Source: Chrysemys picta bellii (Eukaryota). Taken from it: DNA of 64,000 bases. Shown one piece after another: positions 28,021 through 41,522 of the stretch (positions are counted from its first letter, which is position 1; each line of letters begins with the position of its first letter). The stretch covers positions 45,508,001-45,572,000 of the forward strand of contig NC_088795.1 in assembly GCF_011386835.1 (NCBI RefSeq), read 5' to 3'. A program made the position numbers and the translations under genes. The notes beneath the pieces were generated by a model. That model was not told the origin of the DNA and made no database searches. It saw only the letters and a list, made by a program, of their open reading frames with translations.

Positions 28021-28259
28021 GGATATGTCTACATTGCAACAAAACACCTGCAAATGGCCCTGTCAGCTGACTCAGGCTTGGGGTCTATAAAATTGCACCG
28101 TAGACATTAGGGCTCGGGCTGGACCCTGTTTAGGGGTGGGGTTCCAGAGCCCAGGCTCCAGCCCAAACCTAAACTTCTAAACTGCAATTTTGTAGCCCCA
28201 CAGCCCAAGTCAGCTGTCACGGCCATTTACCGGTGTTTTGTTGCAAAGTAGATGTATCC
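28021..28259. mobile_element. Harbinger MITE
   Basis: TIRs GGATATGTCTACATTGCAAC / GTTGCAAAGTAGATGTATCC; 3-bp direct repeat AAT on both sides. Confidence 0.8.
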
Positions 28260-28694
28260 AATATTACCAGTTAGTGCCAAGTGTGGCGGCATTTTTTGAG
28301 ATGTGGACATGTGTCCTCCAGCAACTGGACTGAGAAAACCAAACTAATTTTACCATAGGTAACCAATGGGCCGTCAGAGGATATTTGATTGGATCAAATC
28401 CATCTTGATGGAAAACAGTGCAAAGATCTAAATTTCTTTTCAGTTTCCTAAATCTTTTAGTTTCTCTCACAATCACTCCTGCTTTAATGGAAGATAGACG
28501 GTCTGATTCAATTCTCACACAAGTTTTTATACTGATGTAACCCAATTGACAACAACAATAGAGTTACTCCTGATTTTATGTTGCTATGAGAAGAGAATGA
28601 GACTCAGCAACTGTAGCCTACAAAACACACTCTCTCTGTAGGAAATGGTTTGCTACTTGTACAATTGGATTTCCAAGAGCAAATGGCAGCTTAT

Positions 28695-28970
28695 TTTATT
28701 ATTATGTATTATATTAAAATAACATCTAGAGAGCCCAACTGAGATTGAGGCCCCAAGATGCTAGTGCTAAAGGTGTACAAAGTAAGAGAGTCCCTGCCCT
28801 GAAGATTTTACAATCTAGACAAGACCAACAAATGGTAGGAGAAAGGAAATTTGCTGCCCCCATTTTACAGATGAGGAACTGAGGCACAGAGAGCTCAAGT
28901 GACTTACTCAAGGTCCCATAGGAAGTCTTCTGGCAGAGTCAGAAATAGAACCCAGATCTTGTGAGACACA
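28695..28970 (-). mobile_element. CORE/MIR-like SINE, near full length
   Basis: TTATTA tail, then cattttacagatgaggaactgaggcacagagag...gtgacttactcaaggtc CORE domain. Confidence 0.8.
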
Positions 28971-31509
28971 AACAAGGGCTTTAATCTTAATCCAGAGATT
29001 CTGCTCTGTCATTCATAATGCCTTCCTTCTGCTGTGAGCACTGAGAGAATTAACTGCAAACAACATTAAATATAAAGAGGAGGAATAATGCCCTTCCTGA
29101 TTTTAACTTTTTTATCTTTTATAACATTTTTGAAAGCACTTTTGAATTTTAATAGTAATAAAGCTATTAGTATGTGACTCTCCCTCACTGATTTTTTGCT
29201 CTCTCACTCCTGCTTCAAAGCTGGACATTTTATATTATTTGCCTACACTCCCTCAGACTCTATTGAGTCTGCACCAAAGAGTAATATAAAAAGCCTGAAG
29301 GTGGCTTACAGATACTGCAATGGTTAAACTTAAATATTAGAAGCTGGTAATAAAATGAGCTGAAAGATCCTTCACTGAAAAGCAGATGAAAGTAAAAAAA
29401 AAGGGGGGGGGCAGGTAACTGAATGTGAAAACATGTGTGTTCTTTAAATGTACCAGAGCTAGGTGAGGGTCAAAGAGGCAGTGTGGAATGGGAGCTTAGA
29501 TCAGGTCTCCACTAGGTATACCTACTGTGGAGCGGACAGAGCTCCAGCCCATTCTGCTGTGAAGTCCAACAGTGCTCTAGCAACTACTCCTCCATCCCCT
29601 CCTTTGGAGCTCTGCAGAACCCCAATGTAGGGAGAAGGAGAGACTGCATTAATCGAGGCTGGGATTTTGAAAAATCACTGAGTTTTGACCTAACTCTGCT
29701 CCTATTGAGTTCAATGGGATCAATGGGAGTTAGGCCATTGCTGAGTGCTTTTGAAAATCCTCTGTAATGTTCTGGTTAAGAAATCAGAAATTAAGGAATT
29801 TCAATAGTAAATACTCAGCCTACATGGTTGCCACCTTGAGCATATGTCCTAAAATATTTATTAATAATTTGCCAAAAGCTATAATACAAACTGGAATTGG
29901 CTCTCACAGCATATGGATTTATACTGCATCACCGTAGGACCTGTATTTGTGACCATTTTGTGTAAAATAGAGTTAAATTTGGATCAAGTGTGACAGCCCT
30001 TGTAAAAAGGGACAGCTGAGAGATACAGCTGGCACAGAGGCAGCTTCACCACAGTAAACATTAGCTCTTTTCTGTCTATTTTCTTTCTACAATCACAGCC
30101 ACTTCTGTCCCCCTTTCATGTATTCTGAAAAAAAGTTGGAGGCAAGACAGCTCCTCTTATGTTCTGCAGTTACATAAACAAAATCAGGCTTTTACATTCA
30201 AAGAGATTCATACCTAGGACTAAGCCAACAGTTGAGTTCTAAATCCAAATGCCCCCACTGCCCAATACTTAGCATTCAGGGGGTGGTCGAGTTTGTAACT
30301 GAGCGACCTCGCTGTGGTGCAGCAAGAATTCAGGGATTTATTGTACGCTATTGGCATTCATCAAGTCCTTTTTGGTGCTCTATATCTCAAAGTGCTTTAC
30401 AGAGCAATTAACTACATATTGTACCTACAGCACAGTTCCACTGAGGCCATTTAGAGCAGTTTTCATGCCCTTAACGGAACCTAACCCTTAATCTCACATG
30501 ATTAAAGAATAGTTAGGAATTCTGAAATCCAAAGCTAAACACAAAACAAGGGAACACCATGCTCTCTTTTTTTATATGCATTTGTTTTATATATGTAACT
30601 ACATAGATATTAAAATAGGCTTTCAAAAGTGCCTATCCAAGCTTTACCTGCAACTGGCACATTATATATTGGTCAATTTTAAAAGCAATGGCTTCCATTT
30701 TTTGTTACCATAGTTTGGGAGTGCAATCATTGTGGACAACATTTTGTATCCTTGACTAATTATAAGTGCACTTTAGTCCCTTAGCTGTCTAAAGCTTGGG
30801 GAGAGGGTTAGGCTTCAGAGTCCAAGCTCCAGCCTGAGATGGAACATCTACACAGCTATTTTTAACAGCCTAGCACGAGCCTCACAGCCCAGGGCTCTGA
30901 AACTCGCCCTGTTGGGCTCTGAAACTCACTGCCATAGGTGATGGAGGATGGCGATTGGTATGTAGTGTAGCTATATCCCCAAATGCCTGACTGCACCTCC
31001 AGATCAGGTGCAGTCCTTAGACATCTAAATTACCTAAAATGTACACATAAATAACCACACCCACACAATTTAAGAAACAAAGGCCTTCTTAAGGCCAGGC
31101 TATAAATCAGGCCTTAAATACTGGGGCTGTCAATTAATTACGTTTAAATCAAGTGATTAATGCAAAGCAAATTAACTAGATCAAATAAAATAATTGTGAT
31201 TAGTTGCTGTTTTAATTGCTCTGTCAAATAATAATAGAATACCAATTTAAATTTATTATAAATATTTTTGGATATTTTTCTACATTTTTCAATTGACCTC
31301 AGACAAGTACTGCAATGCAACCTCTTTATCATGAAAGTGCAACTTACATACGTAGAATTATTTTTTTAACATAACTGCACTCAAAAACAAAACAATGTAA
31401 AACTGTAGAGATAACAAGTCCACTCAGTCCTACTTCTTGTTCAGCCAGTCAATAAGACAAACAAGTTTGTTAGCATTTACAGGAGATAATGCTGCCTGTT
31501 TCTTATTTA

Positions 31510-31692
31510 CAGGGAGCGCAGCAGGGGAGGGCGGCAAGCCCGGCCGGGGCCTCACTCTCCCCGACCGGCCGGAGCGCTGGGGGGAGGGCAGCGAGCCCGG
31601 CTGGGGCCCCGTTCTCCCTGGGTGAGCGCCGCCCCCCTCCAGGTACCACCCCAAGCACATGCTTGGTAGGCTGGTGCCTGGAGCCAGCCCTG
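31510..31692 (-). mobile_element. GC-rich hAT MITE (family of 19080-19295), nested
   Basis: Right end GCTGGTGCCTGGAGCCAGCCCTG; perfect 8-bp TSD CTTATTTA (31502-31509, 31693-31700). Confidence 0.88.
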
Positions 31693-32067
31693 CTTATTTA
31701 CCATGTCACCTGAAAGTGAGAACAGGAATTTGCATGGCAATGTTATAGCCAGCATTGCAAGGTAATTACATGCTAGATATGCTACACATTCATACATTCA
31801 TTCATACATAAACATTCATTTATACCCATTCATGCTTCGACTTATAGGCTCTAAAGTTTTACATTGTTTTTAAGTGCAGTTATGTTAAAAAAAATAATTC
31901 TACATTTGTAAGTTGCACTTTAACGATAAAGAAATTGTACTACAGTACTCGTGTAAGGTCAATTGAAAAATACTATTTCTTTTGTTTATATTTTTTACAG
32001 TGCAAATATTTGTAATAAAAAATTATATAAAGTGAGCTCTGTACACTTGTATTCTGTGTTGTAATTT

Positions 32068-32785
32068 CAGATGTGAAAGTAGAAATAGGGACTTACCAGT
32101 ACAGGGCTGGGTTGGGGCCAGCTCTGGTCCCCAGAAGGGGCGGGGCCTCGGGCAGAAGGGGGGGGTCAGAGCCAGCCCCGACCTGCCCTGTACCAGTAAG
32201 TGCCCTCCCCCTCCCCCGCCGGGGTAGCAGTGGCAGCCAGGGGCTCCAGCAGCGGTTTAAAGGGCCCAGGGCTCGGCCGCTGCTACCGCCCCGGGCCCTT
32301 TAAACCACTGCCGGAGCCCCCGGCTGCTGCTGTTACCCTAGGGCTCCAGCAGCAGGGCTTCAGCAGCTATTTAAGGGGCCGGGGCCGTAGAGGCAGCGGT
32401 AGCCCCGGGCCCTTTAAATAGCCCCCGGAGCCCTGTCACTACTCCAGAGCTCTGGGGGCTATTTAAAGGGCCCAGGACTCTCCTGCTTCTACTGCCCCGA
32501 CCCTTGAAATAATCCCCAGAGCCCTGGGGTAGCAGAGGCAGGGCTCTGGCAGCTATTTAAAGGGCCCAGGGCAGTAGAGGCATCCCTGGCCCTTTAAATA
32601 ACCCCCGGAACCCCGCCGCTACTCCAGGGCTCCAGCAGCAGGGCTCTGGCGGCAATTTAAAGGGTCTGGGGCTCCAGCCGCTGCTGGGAGCTCCAGGCCC
32701 TTTAAATTGCTGCCTGGGGAAGCCGGGCCGCCCCAGTACGGCATACTGGCTGGCCATACCGGGGCATACCGGCTTACTTTCACTG
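32068..32785. mobile_element. GC-rich hAT MITE with an internal inverted-repeat array, nested
   Basis: Ends CAGATGTGAAAGTA / TACTTTCACTG; TSD TGTAATTT / TGTAATTG (7/8 match); the host element resumes exactly after it. Confidence 0.8.
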
Positions 32786-32971
32786 TGTAATTGAAAACAA
32801 TATATCTGAGATAATAGAAAAATATCCCAAAATATTTATAATAAATTTAAATTGGTATTCTATTTTTAACAGTGCGATTAAAACTGCAGTTAATGAGAAC
32901 TTTTTTTTTTAAATCTCACGATTGATTGTGATTTTTTTTTTAATCATTTGACAGCCTTACTAAATATACGT

Positions 32972-33629
32972 TGTGACAAAGTCCCTCCTCTATCTTGGTG
33001 GGTCCTGCGCTTATTGGCGGATTTTCTTGCCTCAGAGATTCACCATGTGGGTTGGGGAACAGCCCAGAGACCTTCCCCTCTGGAAGAACGCACAGTCCAG
33101 GTCAATTGGGAGCTTTGGGGGGAACCCGGGCCCGCCCTCTACTCTGGGTTCCAGTCTAAGGCCCTGTGGACTACAGCTGTCTATAACTCCTGTAACAGAT
33201 GCATGACAGCTACAACTCACTGGGCTACTTCCCCATGGCCTCCTCCAAACACCTTCTTTATTCTCCCCACAGGACCTTCCTCCTGGTGTCTGATAACGCT
33301 TGTGCTCTTCAGTCCTCCAGTAGCATACCCTCTCAGCTCCTTGCATCTCTTGCTCCCAGCTCCTCACACTCACACCACAAACTGAAATAAGCTCCTTTTA
33401 AAACCCAGGTGCCCTGATTAGCCTGCCTTAATTGATTCTAGCAGCTTCTTCTTAATTGGCTCCAGGTGTCCTAATTAGCCTGCCTGCCTGAACTGGTTCT
33501 AGTAGGTTCCTGATTACTATAGTGCAGTCCCTGCTCTGGTCACTCAGGGAACAGAAAACTACTCATCCAGTGACCAGTATATTTGCCCTCTACCAGACTC
33601 TTGTACCCCACTGGTCTGGGCCTGTCATA
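32972..33629. mobile_element. Gypsy solo LTR (658 bp)
   Basis: TGTGAC...GTCATA termini; perfect 4-bp TSD ACGT (32968-32971, 33630-33633). Confidence 0.9.
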
Positions 33630-33989
33630 ACGTACATTTCTGTTGCACTTGGTCTGAACTAATGGAAGGAGAGAGAAAGAACAAATGAAAAAAAGACAGA
33701 TGTCAATTTTGAGCAAGAACTAATTTTTTAACTAGATTATATTTTAACTGAATAATTTCTCATGGGACAGCAGCAGCTGAAATGACTACTACTGAAACCC
33801 AACCCAACGCTTTTTCAGGGTCTCTTTTGTCAGCCACTTGTCTGTCTGCCTGTGGGAGATGTACAGAGTTTTCTGTCCTTGGACCCCCTTTTCTTCTTCC
33901 TTTACACCTCATCCCATCTTAGTTTCTCGTGTCATCTCTGTGTTGAAAATTCACATTTATACCTCTCCACACCTGCCTGTCCTTCCCTA

Positions 33990-34760
33990 ATTGTGTGACA
34001 TACCATCTTGGATCACCCACCCACAGCTCGACATCAACCTACCTAAAAGTAAGCTAGTTATTTTTTCTCCTAAACTCTCCCCTTTTCCTCATTTTCTCTA
34101 TGGCTGTTGACAATACTACCCTTCTCCTGCTATCTAGAACTCATAATCTTGGTATCTTCTTTGACTATTCCCTCTCTTTCTCCTCTCTCATTTAGGTAGT
34201 CCGTATATTTTGTCACTTCTTTCAAAAATATAACTCTTTTTCTCCATCTCAACAGCTAAACCACTCATCCATGCCTTGTCATCTCCACCCCTGACCACTG
34301 TAATCTCCTTCTCTCTGGGCTCTCCGAAGTCACATCATTGCCCTCTCATCAATTCAAAATGCTGCAACCAAAATTCTCTTCCTTGGCCATAAATTACATC
34401 ATGTCATTCCATTCTCTGAATTGTTCAACTGGCTTCTTCTTGCCCACCAAATCTAGTTTAAACATCTCATCCTCCTCTTCAAGTCCTATATCACACATAT
34501 TGTCTCCTACGCCATTCCCACCTTGTCCCCTTCTTTCCAGTGATGTCTGCCTCTGTACCGCTTTGTTTCTCTCTGAGACTCCTGTCTTCATGCCTCCTTT
34601 CATGCTGGCCCTGTGCACGGAACAACCACACTATCCCAGTCCTCAAAGTTCTATTCTCTATTCTTCAATTCCTTCCCAAAGATTCACTTACTGTAGATAT
34701 TACTTCTGAAAATATAGTGTGTGATACTTACATATTAGTCCTCCAACAATCCTCATACAG
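33990..34760 (+). mobile_element. L2 LINE RT fragment, degraded
   Basis: Frameshifted translation resembles the L2 RT C-terminus (LNxxKxxL..F.PK.SP..FS.AVDNTT.L...NLGI.FD.SLSF...TAKxLIHALV....D.CN.LLSGL...IQNAA.KI.F...HW). Confidence 0.8.
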
Positions 34761-35814
34761 GATAGAAGTTCTGTAATTCTCTAGTACTACTTTATCTCCC
34801 TGGTTTTGGAACAGTGTATACTGAAGTTTCTTCCCAACTTGCAAGATGGTTAATCTTCAAGGGATGTCAGGTTTTGGTTTGGGCACAGGGAAGCTAAATA
34901 GCCCAGTTGTCTATTAGACCCTGAAAGAACACTCATATTGTAACATTTCAGTCCAATTTCAGGGAACAGTGGCATCCAAAAGCCAAAATTTGGAAGCAAA
35001 GCCTCTCCTTTCCCACTCAATTTCATTTGGTAAACTTTTCCTCCTCACCCATTAAATCAGGTCATTCTGGCTTCCCAATGCCACTGCCCATGACTAATAA
35101 TAATCACTACCATATTTTGCTAGAAGTTCAGAAACCTCTACCCAAAGAGGGATAAGTGGCCTCCTTTATTGTTCAAGTAGCACTCTTAACATGCCAAGAC
35201 TTTGGGATTCTGATACATCAACACATCAAACTCACCTTAATAGGGGTAGGACTCTGAGAAAGCAAAGCTCCAGTTACCTTCCCCCTAGATTTGTGACTGT
35301 GTGAGTGCAAAGGTGGCAGGCCAGACAGATGTAGAAGGAAAGGGATAGCCCAGCTGTGAAAAGGAACAGAAAGGGGTATTGTTAATGTATTCGTTTGGTT
35401 TTTTAAACAAAGCATTATTTGGTATAAAGGCAGATTGCATGCTCACTCTCTGAATCAATGACCAGTATTCAATCACTGGACTGTGCTAGCTTGTTCTTAG
35501 ACATATAACTAAGAAAACATTTTGTGAAGCCAAAAAAACAGTAAAGTTGACAGAACCCCTACAGTGTGTGTGGTCCCCACAATGAGAGAACTCTTCATCT
35601 CAGGAGCTAGTATCTCAGTTTGGTGTTTAGCCATGTTTTATACAGTTCCAGCAGGTGTAATAAATGTCAAATGGACTAGTATAAGCGGTGCTGCCCTCTT
35701 GCTGTCTTGTCTGCCTGGCTAGAATTCTACTTATAAAATACATCAACAGTTTTTAGAGGAGGGGAAATTCTCACTCGGTCTGTCAGTCCAATCCATAAAC
35801 ATTTCCCCTAACAC

Positions 35815-35833
35815 CACACACACACACACACAC
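35815..35833. repeat. (CA)n microsatellite
   Basis: (CA)9C. Confidence 0.9.
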
Positions 35834-38800
35834 GTTGAGCTCCTGGGCTCAAAATCTTCTGAAATCAGTGACAGCCCTGTTTAATTATTATGATTGTTAT
35901 TTATTTGCATTGCACTGCAGTGTGCAAATTGTTTCACAGGTATTTATAAAGACACAATCCCTGCCCCACAGACTTGATAGTCTACAGAGGCACCAAAGAG
36001 AACCCCTGACTGGTCTGTAGTAAAAGGGCTTGTGTTTGCTCTGTAAAGGATATTTGTGAGAGAGCTTCTGCACCCTTAATGTTTACAGAATAAAAGAATA
36101 CTCAAATAAATCATTAGATCCTTGCTTGCTAAGTCTTGTTTTGCTTATTCTATGATGAAAATTCAATATACATTTAAAATTCATTCATTTCATTTGCCAG
36201 TAAACAAGGAATTGATGCACTGGGTCAGAAAATCTTGAACTTGGAAGAAAGAACATGTGTTATTTCAAACTAAATGAAGCATGAAAAGTTTAGTTTGGTG
36301 GTGAATCTTATATGGCTGAATTTTCCATAAAGTAATAAACAGTCACTGAAATGGGTTTGTATTCAGACACACAAGCTGTGGTTTAGCCCCACAGGTAAGC
36401 TCAAGTTTGACGTGGGTTAATATAAAATACTCCTTGACGACTTGTTGCGGTAGCTGAAATCTTATGCTTGGTGAACCAGTAAGAGGGTTCAGATCCAATT
36501 CTTCCACAGTTCCTGAAGCTGGAACTGGTCTGGTCAGTCAATGCCCTACTTCATCAATCCTGTGTGCCTGCTCAGTCTGAGTTTCACTAAGAAAACAGTA
36601 AGGGAGTCCTGAGACACACAGACATAACATAAATAAAAAAATACATTCATGTTTCCAACTGTCCACACATTCTCAAGCAAGTTGCACCTATGTTATATTA
36701 CTCAGCATGTGGTTTCAATTGTAACAACAATGCACATTTGTTCAACTACATGCTGCCTGCTAACTACACTACTAGCTATGTTTAAATATGGCATGGCCTA
36801 TGACTGACTCCCTTTCAGGGGTCAAGTGTCTGGCATGCGCTTGCTATGTTATGGTCAATATAATCTTATAGATTACCCAAGCAACAGATCTAGACTCTTT
36901 GATGTCATGAAGGCTTATATATACACACTGTGTATGTACCTTTAGGGAGGGAGAAAGGGAAAAGAAAGAGAAAGCTCGATGTCCCTGTAGGCCTTTCCAG
37001 CATTTGTCGTTCTCTTTTCATTTGGATTTACTTGAAACCGTCTTTCCCATAAAGAATTAAACAACAACATTCCCCATCACTCACCAAAACGAGTTCATCA
37101 CCTCTTAACTGGTGTTCACAAGGAGACTTTTCTTCTTTTACACCACTGACATGTTGCCTTTCTCTGCAGGAAAGCTGACAACGAATGTTACACCATGGAA
37201 TTTCACAGCAATATTTGATAGTACTTAGTCTCTATCAAAACATTTATGTTCATGGCTTTCAGTGTTCCAGGCTCATGGATTTATGACATGGCCTATATTT
37301 TTGCTTTTAGTTCCTGCACCCTCGTAGTGCGGAGATAAAAGGGTAAATAGAATTAAACATCCTTTGATAAAGCATACCCTATTTTACAATTGTCGTGGAT
37401 TATTTAACAATAAAAGGGGGCTGTATCCATCAGTCTACTGGAAAAAGAAATTGATCCCTGCCATACATCTTGGATATGCTTTATTCTTCTCTTGAGCCAT
37501 TTTGCTTTTTAATTGTTAATATATTAGTCTATTAGTGCTTCCTGTCATTTCCCAATATTAGACCCTGTTTTCAGTTGTTTATAACTTTGTGAAATTTAAC
37601 TATTTGGGCTGAAATTTTACATGCCTGATTCAGGGTGGCTTTTTTTCCCCTCCTCAAACCAAATGGCTCAGCCACTTCCAGGTACAATATGTTGTTTTGC
37701 CCACAGGTCTTTGAAATGCTCTAGCACCCTCATGCTTAGGAGCTGGCACTTGTATAGCCTTTGTGTCAGGGATGTGCCTTTTGCGACCCCCATGAAAATC
37801 TGCCCAAATTTGCCAAAAGCCTTTGGGAAAAAAATCAATTTGCACATGCTCAGTAAAGCCTTCTTAGAGTTCACCAGCTAAAATAGTACATGATTATATA
37901 ATAAAAGACTGCATTCAGAATACATACACACAAGGGGGCCAAATTTACATTGCAGAGGCAACCTTCAGTCTTACATTTCCGAATTTTTGAGCGCTTGACT
38001 TCGCAACCTTAATAATGTTCTTTTAATGTACCTTTCTATGTGTAATTAAACAAATCAGTTCAGGACACATTTGTTTCTTTTGCTCCTGGAAACAACCTTT
38101 AAATATATTTCTCCGATCCATGTGACACAAAAACTCCAGTTTGGAAAAAGTTCCCAGCAAGATCAGAATTTAACGAATGAGGCTATTAAAAACTGCAAGA
38201 AAAAAAAACAAAACCAAAAAGCTATTTAAAGATTTTACATCCATCTCCACTGTAAAATATGCCATCCTGTTCCTCCTACCCTCCAGTCTCTGGGGCATCA
38301 TCTGGCTGCCACAATGGAGCCACGTCTTGCAACCACACCTGAGATTTTCATGGTGCCACTTCGGTCACAGAAAAAGATGGTCCCAAGCATAATGAATGAG
38401 GGCTCTGTTTTGTGTTGCAATATAGATCAAATCTTTCCAGTGAAAGTCCCAGAAAAGAAGGATAGGTTTAAAGGTTTATCCACCCCCAAAGAATGTTCTC
38501 TCCACAGCAAAGTCAAGTGTTTTCTATAGACATCAGTATACAGAACCTTCAACAAAATGGGAGCTCTTGTTTTGCTAGAATATCAGTCCTCAGCTGAAAG
38601 AATGTAAACTTGAATTATAATGGGACCCAAAGAGTATCCCCACAAACACACTGGGTGAAGAAAGTAGGATTTGTTTAGTATTAGGTTTCCTCAGAGTTTC
38701 CCCTAGGTATACTCAGTTTACATTTTCTAATTCAGTTTGTCCCCTTTCAAAGTCTTTGAGAGTTTGCAGGTCTTCTTGCAAAAATTTAAAAAAACTAAGA

Positions 38801-41323
38801 CAACATGGAAAAGGCCAATGACCAAATCGCATTACTATAACTTGGTAGACATGTTTTATTACATATCACCGATAAACTGAATAAGATGGATCCGCTAAGT
38901 ACAGGAATGTGATGGTTGTTATCACTATCTTATGCCACAGCTCACTGGGCACTCATGTTGCTTACATACTGAATGGGCTGGGAGCTAATATTTTACAGCC
39001 AGAGTAACAAGCTAAAGGTGAGTAGCTGATAGGAACAGAAGTGGCATGAGGTAGACTCCTTTACTGCTTTGGGAAGTTGAATAGTAGTCATTTACTGACA
39101 GATCCTGGTGCCTCTAGAAATAGGGTCATTTATTGAAGCAGAGAGCATTTTAAGTAGCCCAGAATTCCCATCATGCTCTCTATCTATCTGGTATCTTATA
39201 TACCATGCCCCTCATCATAGCATCAGAACTTTCATGGAAGCTAATTACTCAGCACTTTTGAAAATCAAGCCATTATTTAAGTGGCCAAATAAATACTTAG
39301 AAACCTAATTCTATTTTTTGAATATCCTGGCATAGATGTCTAAATAGAAAAAGTGGAAAAAGTACATATGGGATCAACAGTGGGCATGCTAAAGTCATCT
39401 TTGGGGGGAAATTGTTAGTGACATGTAAAAATGGGGACAGTTAGATAAGGATAAATGTCAAAGTAAGCAAGTCCCACATGCTAGGGCATACCTCAGAAAG
39501 GAATAATTGCTTGCTGATCTAAGAGGCGAGGCTCATAGGTAATCACTCAACCAATTGACCTAGTGCTAGCAGATTGAAAGGTATTCAAGTGGAGCGAGCA
39601 GGAGCTAGGAATATGTGGAAGCAGCACACACAGGACCTGGAAGACAAGGGAGGGAGGCCTCACATCACAGAAGCACCTTCTCCAGACAACATTCCATGTA
39701 GTGTTGATGGGCTCTCGAGGCAGAGAAAGAGAGAGGCCCCTACAACAAATGGGGTCGGGGTGAAGAGGGAAGGAAGGAAGGAAACTGAAAGAAAAAAAAG
39801 TGTGTGGGTGTGAAACTGGAAGATACTGTATCTGAGAATAAAAACACCTCTACTTTCACCAAATGAAAATCACTCCACAATAAAGTTGTCGGGGCGGGGG
39901 CAAATTAATTTTGCATATGTGCAGCATAAGCATGTGTAGGACACACTGCATTAAATAATAAAATTACACACGAAAGATCTGCTAAAAGCCTCAGGCCAGG
40001 CGTTGACAGCTAAAATACAAAGTTACACATTATGGGCCAAATTCAGCTAATCAGTTATACCCACATAGACACATGCAAACCTAGTTAGGCTATCAGATGC
40101 CAGAATCTGGCCCATAAAGCATATGGACATAAAGTATGTTTCCCTACTGCCTAAAGCAGGACAAATGGGAAGTGGAGGCTTACATTCTCTCAGCTCTTCC
40201 ACTTAACAGATCAGGCATTTGTGAAAAGCAAATATTTTGATTTATCTACTTGCTTATTGTTCTAGTCTGTGGGTATTTCTTTTCCCATGCAAAATGCCAA
40301 TGAAGAAATAAATGTTTTAACCCCTTTATTGTAAAAGCTCGCTTGGAGCTAGGCTGGTGGTATCCTATTTCTTTAGCCAGCACCACTTAGCAGAGACTGT
40401 TGGCAACCTCCCCACCCAGAAATGGGGTGTGAGCCTTTCAGATGAACCTCCCTTGAAATCCAGTTTCTGGAAGATTCTGTGATGGATCCATTCCTCTTCT
40501 TCAGCCCTAACTAAAAAAATTGGAAGTCAGCACTTATGGTCAGCCATGTCCAGCCAAGGCAGTCATGAAACAAAAAGCCTGACCACACATACTTGCTTCA
40601 CTCGGTAGCAGAAAATTCATCAGATACGTACTATGCTGCCCATACAGTATGATAGCTAAGGGTCCGTCTTAGGAGGAGTTTTAGTCAATAAATTATCTGT
40701 TAGTTTTAGTTATTCTGCATGTCAGGTCATAGTTCTGCATTTCATTGTCCAGGTGGTTACAGATGTTTGCATATTTTTGTCCTTGTCTTTTCACCTCCTC
40801 AGCACTGATTTAAGAGTTGTTATTCTCGGCAAATAGAAAGTGTGAGAAAATCAAATCCATCTGTTTCTGCCAAAAAAAGGAAATGGAAGAATGGAATCAA
40901 CAGAAAAATTCACTTGCTAAAAACCACTTACGCACACCACAGAAGACTCTGCCAACAAAACCCGTGTTCAGACACAATGATCAAAGTAAACAAACTGCCT
41001 TCCTGGTAACAAATCCACATCACCTGTCAGTCTTGCCAGATGGTCAGTTGCCTTTGGTCAATTGCCACTTAACCAATTTGAGAAATATTTGACATCTACC
41101 CATCATAAGCTTTCAATTTCTGTATAGCACTCACAGATCAGTTCAGTGGCAGAAAAATACCAGGGATGAACCAGAGGTAATAATTTTACTATATAGATTC
41201 AAACCAAATTTATTTTTTAAATTTAAGGGGGGTGGGAAGTAGTTTTCAGGCAATCCTACCCATCACCATTTATGTTTTTAACCATAAAGAAAGGATACTC
41301 TGCTATTTACATACACATAGAAA

Positions 41324-41522
41324 GGGAGGCAGCATTGCCCAGTGGATAGGGTATGGGACCAGGAGACCTGGGTTCTATTCCCAGCTTTACCACTGGCCTG
41401 AAGAGTGACTTTAGCCAAAAGTCTTTGTGCCTCTGTAAAAAGAGAATAACAATGCTGACCTTTGTAAAGCACTCTCAGCTCTACTGATGAATAGCCCTAG
41501 ATAAGAGCTAGGTATTAATATT
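41324..41522 (+). mobile_element. tRNA-head MIR-like SINE
   Basis: gggaggcagcattgcccagtggatag A-box-like head, ctgggttctattcccagc B-box-like motif, truncated CORE and TATTA tail. Confidence 0.7.

Larger units (their letters stand above)
31122..32959. mobile_element. Non-autonomous hAT element (same family as 2526-3285) carrying two nested MITEs
   Basis: TIRs TGGGGCTGTCAA / TTGACAGCCTTA; degenerate TSD TTAAATAC / CTAAATAT (6/8 match). Confidence 0.85.
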
